Positions 1-12,297 of a stretch of 64,000 nt of DNA are shown here, piece after piece. The notes beneath the pieces are model-generated. The model did no database searches. It saw nothing but the letters and a program-made list of their open reading frames with translations, and had not been told where the DNA came from. Source of the stretch: Magnetococcales bacterium (GTDB lineage Bacteria; Pseudomonadota; Magnetococcia; Magnetococcales; UBA8363); NCBI GenBank assembly GCA_015228975.1, contig JADGCN010000001.1, positions 10,315 through 74,314 of the forward strand, read 5' to 3'. Within the stretch, counting starts at the first letter, position 1. The number at the start of each line of letters is the position of its first letter. A program made the position numbers and the translations under genes.

Positions 1-2
1 CG

Positions 3-929
3 GTGGACAAGTTCGACGCCTTGCCCGAAACGGGTCACCGGGGTCCGGTGGCCTCGGTCACCATTCAGGAGGGGTGCAACCGTTTTTGTTCCTATTGCGT
101 CGTTCCCTACACCCGGGGTCGGGAATGGAGCCGTCCGGTGGCGGATGTCCTGGAGGAAGTCAGGGTCTGTCTCGATCATGGTGCCGTGGAGATTCAACTC
201 CTCGGGCAAAATGTCAATGCCTATCGGGCCATGGATGATGACAAAACCATGTTTGACCTGGCGCGCCTGATCCGCGAGGTGGCGCGGATGGCGTCTGTCA
301 AAAGGATCCGCTTCGTCACGTCGCACCCGGCGGATATGAACGATGATTTGTTGCAGGCGTTCGCTGAGGTTGCGGCGTTGTGTCCCTACCTGCACCTCCC
401 CATTCAATCCGGTTCCGATTCCGTGCTACAGGCCATGTTGCGGGGGCATTCCGTGGACCACTATCGGCAATGGGCGCAAAAATTGCGGCGCGTCCACCCC
501 GACATGACCCTGGCTTCCGACTTCATTGTCGGGTTTCCCGGCGAAACCGATGCGGATTTCAACGATACCCTGGCCTTGGTCGAGGAGATCCGCTTCGATC
601 ATGCCTATTCGTTTTTGTTTTCACCTCGACCGAACACCGCAGCGGCTTCCATGACGTTCCAGGTACCCCTGGAAACGGGACGGCGGCGCTTGGCGATTCT
701 TCAGGAACATTTGAACCGGATACAACTGGAAAACAATCGCCGGCAGGTTGGCAGACGGGAGGAAATCCTGGTTGAAACAACGTCACGACTGGGCAGTGGC
801 ATGGTCATGGGTCGAACCCGGGGGAACCGCCGGGTGAATTTCGCCGCCGATCCGGCATGCATCGGTCAGATGGTGGCGGTGGAGATCATCGAAGGTTTGC
901 CCAACTCCTTGAGGGGGCGCCTGGTATGA
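3..929 (+). CDS. miaB: tRNA-2-methylthio-N6-dimethylallyladenosine synthase MiaB (5'-truncated by the window edge)
   Basis: Radical SAM motif CNRFCSYC; LLGQNVNAY, HLPIQSGSD and DFIVGFPGET motifs; C-terminal TRAM domain; lies upstream of phoH-ybeY-lnt as is usual. Confidence 0.96.
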   Translation: MDKFDALPETGHRGPVASVTIQEGCNRFCSYCVVPYTRGREWSRPVADVLEEVRVCLDHGAVEIQLLGQNVNAYRAMDDDKTMFDLARLIREVARMASVKRIRFVTSHPADMNDDLLQAFAEVAALCPYLHLPIQSGSDSVLQAMLRGHSVDHYRQWAQKLRRVHPDMTLASDFIVGFPGETDADFNDTLALVEEIRFDHAYSFLFSPRPNTAAASMTFQVPLETGRRRLAILQEHLNRIQLENNRRQVGRREEILVETTSRLGSGMVMGRTRGNRRVNFAADPACIGQMVAVEIIEGLPNSLRGRLV

Positions 930-1096
930 GGGATGACACATGGGTTGATGACGATGGTATGGGAACCTTGCTGTTGGATCGGTGACGAAAGAGGCGGGGC
1001 GATGCACATTTTTCATTGAAGTTGCATCGACTGATAACCGTAACGGTATGCATGGTGATCTGCTCAATGGACAGGGATGATTGTTTTTCCGCCGGT

Positions 1097-2071
1097 ATGC
1101 GTCCCCATGTCGTGGAATTTCCCGACAATTGTTTGGCCGCATCGCTGTTCGGGGAGTTGGATGTCCATCTGAAAGTGATGGAAGAGCTGTTGAATATCCA
1201 ACTCCATCCGTTGGGTAACAGTGTGATCATCACCGCTTCCGAGGATCAGGCGGGAAAGGTCAGGACACTTTTGGAAACCCTCTACGATTCGTTGAAAAGG
1301 GGCCAACACGTGGACCAGCAAAGCATCGAGGCGGGTATTCGGGCATTGCGTGAAGAATCCGGTCTGGAGGGGCTGTTCGCCCCCGGCAGCGCGATCAGGA
1401 CGCCGAAAAAGGTGATTCAACCCCGGACCCCCAGGCAAGCCGATTACATCCAGAGTTTACATCGTTCCGAATTGACGTTTGGCATCGGTCCCGCCGGAAC
1501 GGGAAAGACCTATCTGGCGGTGGCCAGTGCGGTTGCGGGATACCAGGAGGGTTCCGCCTCCAGGATTATTTTGACCCGACCGGCGGTTGAGGCGGGGGAG
1601 CGATTGGGATTCCTCCCGGGGGATTTGCAGGCCAAAATCGATCCTTACCTGCGACCGTTGTTTGATGCCCTTCAGGATATGTTGGGTGCGGACAGGATTG
1701 AAAAAATGCTGGCCCGCAACGCCCTGGAAGTGGCACCATTGGCTTATATGCGCGGGCGGACACTGGATGATGCCTTCATTATTCTGGATGAGGCGCAAAA
1801 CGTCACCCCCGAGCAGATGAAAATGTTTTTGACCCGTTTGGGCGCTGGTTCGCGCACGGTGGTCTGTGGTGATGCGACCCAGATCGACCTGCCCAGGGGA
1901 ACGCAGTCTGGATTGATTGATGCGATGGATACATTGAAACGTGTCAAGGGGATCGAGTGGGTCCATTTTTCCGATCAGGATGTCGTACGGCATCCGCTGG
2001 TCCGGCGCATTGTCGCGGCTTATGAACAAGCGGGCGGCGGGCGGCAGCGGAAAGAGAGGGGATCGATATAG
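1097..2071 (+). CDS. phoH: PhoH-like ATPase (YbeZ)
   Basis: GPAGTGKT P-loop; RPAVEAGERLGFLPGD, LAYMRGRTL and DEAQN motifs. Start uncertain (1067 or 1097). Confidence 0.95.
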   Translation: MRPHVVEFPDNCLAASLFGELDVHLKVMEELLNIQLHPLGNSVIITASEDQAGKVRTLLETLYDSLKRGQHVDQQSIEAGIRALREESGLEGLFAPGSAIRTPKKVIQPRTPRQADYIQSLHRSELTFGIGPAGTGKTYLAVASAVAGYQEGSASRIILTRPAVEAGERLGFLPGDLQAKIDPYLRPLFDALQDMLGADRIEKMLARNALEVAPLAYMRGRTLDDAFIILDEAQNVTPEQMKMFLTRLGAGSRTVVCGDATQIDLPRGTQSGLIDAMDTLKRVKGIEWVHFSDQDVVRHPLVRRIVAAYEQAGGGRQRKERGSI

Positions 2072-2074
2072 ACC

Positions 2075-4408
2075 ATGGCCGAAACCCGGGAAAAAACGAT
2101 CAGCAAGGTGATGCAAAAGCCGCAGCAGGAGAGCAAAAAACGCATTTCTCCCCAGTTGGTTTTGTATGGTGTAATGTTCGTGCTGTATATCCATGTGCTG
2201 ACCATTATCAATTCCCCTGTGGTCATGAAATTGCAGTATCTGCCGGAGGTGGGGGAAATCGCGCAAAAAAATATCAAGGCTGACCGGGATCTCCTGGTGG
2301 AGGACAAGGAGACCACCTTGAAGCTGCGTCAGGCCGCGGCGCAGGCGGTACCCGCCATTTATGACTGGGATGGCGGGATGATGGATCCGGTCATCCGGCA
2401 GATCAACGATGCCTTGGATTGGTTGGAGGCGGTCCGCAAGGAACAGGGCAATCAGTTGAACATTACCACGGTGACGGAGGATTTCTCCCTGAGATTGGAG
2501 GAGGAGATTTCCCCCCGGGTGGTGCAATTGTTGCTCGGTCTGGATTCCCTGCCAACGCTGGCACGCAAGGTATCCGAATGGTTGGGGGAGTTGCGCAATC
2601 AGACGGTGGTGAGCGGCCCGGAAACTCTCAAAGATTTGCGTGACACGCCTTCGGTTATCTACTCCATTGTCGATGGCAAGGAGCGCAAGGGCAAGGATTG
2701 GGATAAACCCATTGACTTGAATGGTATGCGCTGGTTGTTGGGGGAGACGATTCGTAAACATTTGGATCACTATCCCCGCGAGGTCCAGGAATGGTTGTTG
2801 CGCGAGGCCCGGGCGATGATTCGTCCCAATCTGGTGCTGAACCTGGCCGAAACCCGATTGAAGCGGCAACAGGCTTTCGACAAGATTGACACGGTGTTTT
2901 TTCAAGCCAAAAGGGGGCAGATGGTCGTCCGTGAGGGCGAAGTGGTCAGCGAGGCGGCGCGATTGAAGGTCGAAGCCTTGAACCGCAGCCAGTGGACCGG
3001 CGCCAAAGTGATGAAGTTCATCGGTTTGGCGGTTATCCTGGGCATCCTGCTCCTGTTGAGCCGATGGTTTCTCATGATCACTTCGGTGGCTTTTCCCAAA
3101 GACAAGCAGACCGTGTACATGTTGACGGCCATCCTTCTGGGGACCTCCTTCATCAGTACCATTACCCTGACCATGGGCCAGGGGATCATGGAAATATTGG
3201 GTCTGCCAACGCATATGGTGGTCTATTTGCCCCATGTGGCCCTGGCGTCGGCGCTGGCCTCCCTGACGGTGGGGGCGCGGGCGGGAACTCCGGGCGGGGC
3301 CATCATCATCGGCATCATATTGTCGTTTCTCGAAGCCTTGTCAGCTGGCGGCGGCCTGCCATTGTTCTGTTATTACATGGTTGGTTCCCTGGTGGGCGGT
3401 GCCAAATTGCGTACCAGCCGGCGTCGCTTTGACACCCTGTTCGCCGGGGTATGGGTGGGTTTGGCGCAAATGGTCACCATGCCTGTTGTCGAACTCCTGA
3501 GTGGCAACAAACCCGGTTTCGATTGGATCATCGGCATGTTCATGGCCATGACCAGCGGCTTGCTGATGGGATTGTGGGGATTGGCGCTGATACCGCTGTT
3601 GGAGTCGGTGTTCAACGTGACCACCGATTCCAAACTGTTGGAGCTGGCGAGCGGGGATCACCCGTTGCTCAAGGAGTTGTCGTTGCGCAGTCCCGGTACC
3701 TACCATCATTCGGTGATGATGGGTAATCTGGCGGAAGCGGCTGCGGAGAACATCAATGCCAACCCGTTGATGGCACGCGTCATGGCGTTGTATCACGACA
3801 TCGGCAAGATGACCAAACCCAATTATTTCGTGGAAAATCAATCGGGGGAGAATCGACACGACCACTTGTTGCCCTCGATGTCGGCCAAGGTGATCATGGC
3901 CCACGTCAAGGATGGGCAGGAATTGGCCAAAACCCACAAACTCGGCGGGCCGATCATAGAAGCCATTCTGACGCACCACGGTACGTCGTTGTTGCAATAT
4001 TTTTTCAACAAGGCGATCAATCAGGCGGCCAAAAAGGGGGAGTATATTACCGCGGAGGAGTTTCGTTACCCGGGTCCCAAGCCGCAGTCCAAAGAAGCCG
4101 GCATCATCATGTTGGCCGATTCCGTGGAGGCGGCGGCGCGGACGTTGCGTAATCCCTCCTCGTCCCAGATCCAGGCGCTGGTTCGGCGGTTGGTGGCCGA
4201 TAAGATCGCCGATGACCAACTGGACATGTGCGGTTTGAACCTGAGAGAAATCGCCTTGATCGAAGAGGCGTTCATCCGCGTATTGACCCTGGGTTTTTAT
4301 CATCATCGCATTGAATATCCCAATCAAATCAGACCGCGCAGGGAGGGATTGCGTCGTGAAGGCAACGCTTCGAGTCGATCGGGTGCAATCGCAGTGGCCA
4401 AAAGTTAA
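2075..4408 (+). CDS. 7TM-HD (HDIG) membrane phosphohydrolase, PgpH/YqfF-like
   Basis: N-terminal TM helix, large extracytoplasmic domain, about 7 TM helices, then an HD domain (PGTYHHS, YHDIGK, HHGT, LADSVEAA). Confidence 0.9.
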   Translation: MAETREKTISKVMQKPQQESKKRISPQLVLYGVMFVLYIHVLTIINSPVVMKLQYLPEVGEIAQKNIKADRDLLVEDKETTLKLRQAAAQAVPAIYDWDGGMMDPVIRQINDALDWLEAVRKEQGNQLNITTVTEDFSLRLEEEISPRVVQLLLGLDSLPTLARKVSEWLGELRNQTVVSGPETLKDLRDTPSVIYSIVDGKERKGKDWDKPIDLNGMRWLLGETIRKHLDHYPREVQEWLLREARAMIRPNLVLNLAETRLKRQQAFDKIDTVFFQAKRGQMVVREGEVVSEAARLKVEALNRSQWTGAKVMKFIGLAVILGILLLLSRWFLMITSVAFPKDKQTVYMLTAILLGTSFISTITLTMGQGIMEILGLPTHMVVYLPHVALASALASLTVGARAGTPGGAIIIGIILSFLEALSAGGGLPLFCYYMVGSLVGGAKLRTSRRRFDTLFAGVWVGLAQMVTMPVVELLSGNKPGFDWIIGMFMAMTSGLLMGLWGLALIPLLESVFNVTTDSKLLELASGDHPLLKELSLRSPGTYHHSVMMGNLAEAAAENINANPLMARVMALYHDIGKMTKPNYFVENQSGENRHDHLLPSMSAKVIMAHVKDGQELAKTHKLGGPIIEAILTHHGTSLLQYFFNKAINQAAKKGEYITAEEFRYPGPKPQSKEAGIIMLADSVEAAARTLRNPSSSQIQALVRRLVADKIADDQLDMCGLNLREIALIEEAFIRVLTLGFYHHRIEYPNQIRPRREGLRREGNASSRSGAIAVAKS

Positions 4409-4826
4409 AAAAACGGTGCGGCATGCGGCCCTGATCGCCCTGGATCACCTGGGGGGGTTCGAGGATGTGGAAGTGGGCATAAGGCTCACCGACGATGCCG
4501 AGGTTCGGGAATTGAATGATCAATACCGGGGCAGGGACCGACCAACCAACATTCTTTCCTTTGCCATGTACGATGATGCCCCTGATTCGCGGCCTCCGGG
4601 CCACCCCCTGTTGTTGGGCGATTTGGTCGTGGCTTACGAAACGGTTGTCCGGGAGGCTCAGGAGCAGGGGAAAACGTTCACCGACCATCTCAATCATCTC
4701 GTGGTCCATGGTATCCTGCACCTGGCCGGCTACGATCATGAACGATCCGCCGAAGATGCCTTGAGTCAGGAAAACCTGGAAATCGCCATTCTCTCCCGTC
4801 TCGGGATCGCCAATCCCTATGAATAA
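4356..4826 (+). CDS. ybeY: rRNA maturation endoribonuclease YbeY
   Basis: LNDQYRGRDRPTNILSF and HGILHLAGYDH motifs; GTG at 4356 follows GGAGG and overlaps the end of the HD gene. Confidence 0.95.
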   Translation: MKATLRVDRVQSQWPKVKKTVRHAALIALDHLGGFEDVEVGIRLTDDAEVRELNDQYRGRDRPTNILSFAMYDDAPDSRPPGHPLLLGDLVVAYETVVREAQEQGKTFTDHLNHLVVHGILHLAGYDHERSAEDALSQENLEIAILSRLGIANPYE

Positions 4827-6402
4827 ATGGATTTCCACATTGCGAGACGGTTTGTTATCCCGCCCCTGGAGCCGTTGGCGGTTGGAGTTCGGTTCTTTTT
4901 GCGCGGGAGCGGTTGCTGTTCTGGGATTGCCTCCGTATCACCAACAATTCCTCATGATACTTGGATTGGCCGTGCTGATCGTTCTCGTTTCCCGGGTATC
5001 CTGGAAACGCGGTGCTTGGCTGGGCTTTTTCTTTGGTTTGGGACACTTCAGTTTCGGTTTCTCCTGGCTTTTGACCAGCCTTCATCGCTACGGCGATTTG
5101 TGGATGGGTCTTTCCCTGTTGATATTGGTGTTGTTGGCGGCGACCATGGCGGTGTATATCGCCTTGTTTGGTGGACTGTTGCGTCTTTTTGCCCCGCAGC
5201 CGGGGCTGTTGCCTTTGGCGGCACCCGCCCTGTGGGTGATCGGCGAATGGTTGCGCAGCCATCTGTTCACCGGCTTCCCCTGGAACCTGGCCGGCTACGC
5301 CTGGAGCGATCAGGAAAGGATCGTGCAGGTGGCCGATCTGGGGGGTGTGTGGTTGTTATCCTGGCTGATGGTGTTTCCCGCATCCCTTCTGGCGTGGGTC
5401 TGGCTCCAACGTTTCGTGCGGTACCCCGTGATCGCGGGGGGGGTGTTGCTGCTGGGTTCCTTGGCGCTGGCGGCGGGCTACGGGACATGGCGTAGCGTCG
5501 AATTGGCGGCGATGCAACACCAGGATGCCCGGTCAAGACCCTTGAAGGTGGCTTTGGTGCAGGGCAATGTGGAACAGTCGAAAAAATGGGATCCCAAATT
5601 CCGGGAAGAGGGATTCATCAAATATTTGGGGCTGAGCGGCGGGATCAACGAACCCGTGGATCTCATTGTCTGGCCCGAAACGGCCATCGCTTTCTTCATT
5701 CAGGCATCACCGGAAAATTTGAAACAGATTCAAACCTTGAGCCAACGCCTCGGTGCCCCCGTCCTGACGGGTGCCCCCATGGCGGACAGGGATGGGGAAA
5801 GGGAGGGCCAATGGTTGTTCTACAACAGCATGGTGCTTCTGGATGCCACGGGGGATCTCAACCGACGTTATGATAAATACCATCTCGTTCCTTTCGGAGA
5901 ATTCGTGCCATTTCGCCGGTATATGCCTTCTTTTATCAAAAAGATCACCTATGGCAGCGAAGATTTTTCCCGTGGTCCCGGTCCGGTTCCCATGCCGTGG
6001 GAACACGGTGCCATAGGGGGATTGGTCTGTTACGAAACCATTTTTCCCCATGAAGTGCGGGAATTGGCTCTGGCGCATGCGCGCTGGTTGGTGAACGTCA
6101 CCAATGATGCTTGGTTTGGCGAGGCGGCCAAACCGCAACATTTGGCCATGGCCCAATTGCGTGCCGTGGAAAATCGCATCCCCATGATCCGTGTCGCCAA
6201 TACCGGGATTTCTGCGGCTTTTGACCAACTGGGTCGCGAGTTGGGCCGTATTCATCCCAATGAAGCGGGTACCTTGATCGTCACGGTTCCGCAAGGCTCG
6301 GGCATGAGCTTTTTTCAAAGGTCCGAACCATGGTGGATTGGTGTGTGGCTTGTCATGTGTTCGATTGCTTGGTTCATGGGACGAAAGCCCCGGGGTGCAT
6401 GA
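4819..6402 (+). CDS. lnt: Apolipoprotein N-acyltransferase
   Basis: Multiple TM helices plus a CN-hydrolase domain: GFPWNLAGY, VWPET, YDKYHLVPFGE, VCYE, NVTNDAWFG, RVANTGIS. Confidence 0.96.
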   Translation: MNKWISTLRDGLLSRPWSRWRLEFGSFCAGAVAVLGLPPYHQQFLMILGLAVLIVLVSRVSWKRGAWLGFFFGLGHFSFGFSWLLTSLHRYGDLWMGLSLLILVLLAATMAVYIALFGGLLRLFAPQPGLLPLAAPALWVIGEWLRSHLFTGFPWNLAGYAWSDQERIVQVADLGGVWLLSWLMVFPASLLAWVWLQRFVRYPVIAGGVLLLGSLALAAGYGTWRSVELAAMQHQDARSRPLKVALVQGNVEQSKKWDPKFREEGFIKYLGLSGGINEPVDLIVWPETAIAFFIQASPENLKQIQTLSQRLGAPVLTGAPMADRDGEREGQWLFYNSMVLLDATGDLNRRYDKYHLVPFGEFVPFRRYMPSFIKKITYGSEDFSRGPGPVPMPWEHGAIGGLVCYETIFPHEVRELALAHARWLVNVTNDAWFGEAAKPQHLAMAQLRAVENRIPMIRVANTGISAAFDQLGRELGRIHPNEAGTLIVTVPQGSGMSFFQRSEPWWIGVWLVMCSIAWFMGRKPRGA

Positions 6403-6495
6403 TTGAGCTTTCGCAATGATGGAACTCGGGTTATTGTGTCCATCGAGGGTTGGCAATCTTTGCTCACAACCATCAACCGCGAAAGGTGACTTGGC

Positions 6496-9171
<2,676 letters not shown>

Positions 9172-9230
9172 TTGGCGCTGACCGGCTGGGATCACCATCG
9201 ACAAGCCAGGATTATCAGGAGATGTCCCGC

Positions 9231-10568
9231 ATGAATACCGAATTCAAATTGCCCAATCTGGGGGAAAACATCGCCGGGGGGGATGTTGTCCATGTATTGG
9301 TGACCCCGGGGATGACGGTTGCCCCCGGTGCCCCGTTGTTGGAGGTGGAAACCAACAAGGCGGTGGTCGAGGTGCCGGCGGAAAGCGCCATGACCATTCA
9401 GGAGGTTCTGGTCAAACCCGGTGAGCATGTCAGTGTGGGTCAGGTGTTGTTTCGGGTGGTGGCGGGGGGTGGTGGTGATAGTGGCGAAGCCGCGCCGGTG
9501 CCACCGGTTGTCGCTCCGGTTGTTTTGCAGCCGGATGCCCCGGTCGTTGCGGAAGCGTCTCCGGCCCCGGTAGCCCCGGTGGTGGTGGTGCTGCCGTCGC
9601 CGCCGGTTGCATCCCTCCCCGGAGGCGATGCCTTGCCGCCGTCACGCCCTGGAGTCCCTGTCCCGGCGGCACCCTCGGTTCGTCGCGAAGCCCGGGAGTT
9701 GGGGGTGGATATTCGTGAGATCACCGGGACCGGACCCGGGGGACGCATCAGCATCGCGGATGTGCGGGCCCACGTGAAACTACGGAATCAAAGTCGTGCG
9801 GTCACGGGTGGTTATAACGATAGCCGGGTTCCCATGCACACCCATCTCCCCGATTTCGGGCGCTGGGGGACGGTCAGCCGGGAAAAAATGAAGAATGTGC
9901 GCAAGGCGACGGCGCAGCATATGGCGGCCACCTGGAATACCGTGCCCCAGGTGACATGTCACGATAAGGCGGATATCACCCACTTGGAAGCCGTGCGGCA
10001 ACGCTTCGCTCCCCGGGTGCAAAAAAGGGGTGGCAAACTGTCCGTGACCGCCATCATGCTCAAGGTGGTGGCAACGGCACTGAAAGTATTTCCGCAGTTC
10101 AACGCCTCGGTGGACATGGCATCGGAGGAGATCATCCTGAAGCGGTTCGTCCATATCGGGGTGGCGGTGGATACCCCGCGTGGTCTCATCGTACCGGTCA
10201 TTCGCGATGTGGATCGGCAAAACATCAGCCAATTGGCGGTGGCCTTGACCACACTGTCGGCAACGGCGCGGGAGGGGAAAACACCTTTGGAGGAGATGCA
10301 GGGGGGGTGCTTCACCGTCTCCAACCTGGGGGGCATCGGTGCCACCGGGTTCACCCCCATCATCAACTATCCCGAAGTGGCGATTTTGGGCATGGCCAAG
10401 GGTGTGGTGGAAGCGGTCTTCATCGACGGCAGTTTTCAACCGCGACTGATGTTACCGCTGTCGCTCTCCTTCGACCATCGGGTGATTGACGGGGCGGACG
10501 GTGCCCGCTTTTTGCGCTTTCTTTGCGAAGCCTTGGAAGAACCGTTGCTCCTGTCCCTGGAGGGATGA
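9231..10568 (+). CDS. aceF: Dihydrolipoamide acetyltransferase E2 with a single lipoyl domain
   Basis: Lipoyl domain (EVETNKAVVEVP), Pro/Ala/Val linker, E3-binding domain (AAPSVRREARELGVD), catalytic DHRVIDG; AGGAG spacing favours the ATG at 9231. Confidence 0.95.
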   Translation: MNTEFKLPNLGENIAGGDVVHVLVTPGMTVAPGAPLLEVETNKAVVEVPAESAMTIQEVLVKPGEHVSVGQVLFRVVAGGGGDSGEAAPVPPVVAPVVLQPDAPVVAEASPAPVAPVVVVLPSPPVASLPGGDALPPSRPGVPVPAAPSVRREARELGVDIREITGTGPGGRISIADVRAHVKLRNQSRAVTGGYNDSRVPMHTHLPDFGRWGTVSREKMKNVRKATAQHMAATWNTVPQVTCHDKADITHLEAVRQRFAPRVQKRGGKLSVTAIMLKVVATALKVFPQFNASVDMASEEIILKRFVHIGVAVDTPRGLIVPVIRDVDRQNISQLAVALTTLSATAREGKTPLEEMQGGCFTVSNLGGIGATGFTPIINYPEVAILGMAKGVVEAVFIDGSFQPRLMLPLSLSFDHRVIDGADGARFLRFLCEALEEPLLLSLEG

Positions 10569-10599
10569 GGGGCCTTTGGCAACCGATGGGAGGTGTGTG

Positions 10600-12021
10600 A
10601 TGTGTGCAGCCAAACATGTGGTGGTTATCGGTGCGGGTCCGGGTGGGTATGCCGCGGCTTTCCTGGCGGCGGACCACGGGTTTCAGACCACGCTCGTGGA
10701 CAAACAGGCGCAGCCGGGGGGGGTGTGCCTGCATTGGGGGTGCATTCCCAGCAAAGCCTTGCTGCATGCCGCCAAAATCATCAACGAGGCCAAAGAGGCG
10801 GAAAATATCGGCATTCGCTTTCAAAAACCCGAGATCGATCTCGCGGCGTTGCGGGCGTGGAAAAACAAGGTGGTGGAGCGCTTGACATCGGGCCTGGGAC
10901 AACAATGTCTCAAGCGCAAGGTGACCTTCATTCAGGGAACGGCAACCTTTCTGGCTTCGGACAGGATCGCGGTGCGGCAATCCAATGGCGAAACGCGGGA
11001 ATTGACTTACGACTCTTGCATCCTGGCCACCGGTTCCGTTTCGCGGTCGTTGCCGGAGTTTCCCTGGGACGCTCCGTGGGTGATGGATTCCACCCGCGCC
11101 CTGGAACTGGAGTCCATCCCCGAACGGATGCTGGTGATTGGTGGCGGGGTCATCGGCTTGGAATTGGGATCGGTTTATGCCACCCTGGGCAGTCGCGTCA
11201 GCATCATGGAGATGACACCGGGTCTTTTGCCGGGGGCGGATCGCGATTTGGTGCGTCTGTTGGCCAAACGTGTCGCGGGCTGGGCGGACAAGGTGATGCT
11301 GGAAACCCGGGTCGAGGCGGTGGAATCCCTGGGTACGGCGGTCCGGGTCACGTTTTGCGACAAGGCGGGGAACAAACATGCGCAAGAATTTGATCGGGTG
11401 CTGGTGAGTGTGGGGCGTCTGCCCAATGCCACCGGCTTGGGGTTGGAGTATACCCGGGTGAAATTGGATCGGGGGTTCGTCAAGGTTGACAAGGGGATGC
11501 GCACGGATGATCCCCATATTTCCTGTATTGGCGATGTGGTGGGTGGTCCGATGTTGGCGCATAAGGCCTCCCACGAAGCCCGGGTGGCGGTTGAGGTTTT
11601 GGCTGGCAAAAAAAGCGCGTTCGATCCCCGGGGGATTCCGGCAGTGGCGTTTACCGATCCCGAAATGGCGTGGGTGGGAGTGACCGAAACCGAGGCGCAA
11701 AAACAGGGCATGGAGGTGAAAACGGTCCGATTCCCATGGGCGGCTTCCGGCAGGGCGCAAACCTTGAGCTTGGGGGATGGCGTGGATGGGGTGACCAAGT
11801 TGATCATCGATCCCGGGACCCAACGTGTCTTGGGTATTGGCATTGTGGGTCAGGGTGCGGGCGATTTGATCGCCGAAGGGACGTTGGCCTTGGAGATGGG
11901 GGCGACGGCCTATGATCTGGCAGCTACCATTCATCCCCATCCAACGGTTTCGGAAACCATCATGGAGGCGGCTGATGTATTTCTCGGCCATTGCACCCAC
12001 TATTTTGTTCCCAAGCGCTGA
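10600..12021 (+). CDS. lpdA: Dihydrolipoamide dehydrogenase E3
   Basis: GAGPGGY, GGVCLHWGCIPSK redox disulfide, GGGVIGLE, HPHPTVSE; ATG at 10600 follows GGAGG. Confidence 0.97.
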   Translation: MCAAKHVVVIGAGPGGYAAAFLAADHGFQTTLVDKQAQPGGVCLHWGCIPSKALLHAAKIINEAKEAENIGIRFQKPEIDLAALRAWKNKVVERLTSGLGQQCLKRKVTFIQGTATFLASDRIAVRQSNGETRELTYDSCILATGSVSRSLPEFPWDAPWVMDSTRALELESIPERMLVIGGGVIGLELGSVYATLGSRVSIMEMTPGLLPGADRDLVRLLAKRVAGWADKVMLETRVEAVESLGTAVRVTFCDKAGNKHAQEFDRVLVSVGRLPNATGLGLEYTRVKLDRGFVKVDKGMRTDDPHISCIGDVVGGPMLAHKASHEARVAVEVLAGKKSAFDPRGIPAVAFTDPEMAWVGVTETEAQKQGMEVKTVRFPWAASGRAQTLSLGDGVDGVTKLIIDPGTQRVLGIGIVGQGAGDLIAEGTLALEMGATAYDLAATIHPHPTVSETIMEAADVFLGHCTHYFVPKR

Positions 12022-12297
12022 CCATTCCTGATGTTGTCTTAAAGAAGTTTTGGCGTTTTTGTTTTCTTTCCCTGATCGGGATTTAAGAATCGTTAAGGCT
12101 AAAAAAGCATGGCCAACGTTGGTAAACGGGTGGTATAGTCCGCAACAACGTTTGTAGCCGGCTTTTGACGTGGGGGAAGTTAACGATTGCAGGGATCCTG
12201 CTTGAAATGTTGGCTGGAGGGTTGGCTCAGGATCGAAAACCTGAACTAAAAAAATTGATCTTAAAGAGAGTGGGCGCAGCCCAAGAAAAGGGGCACC

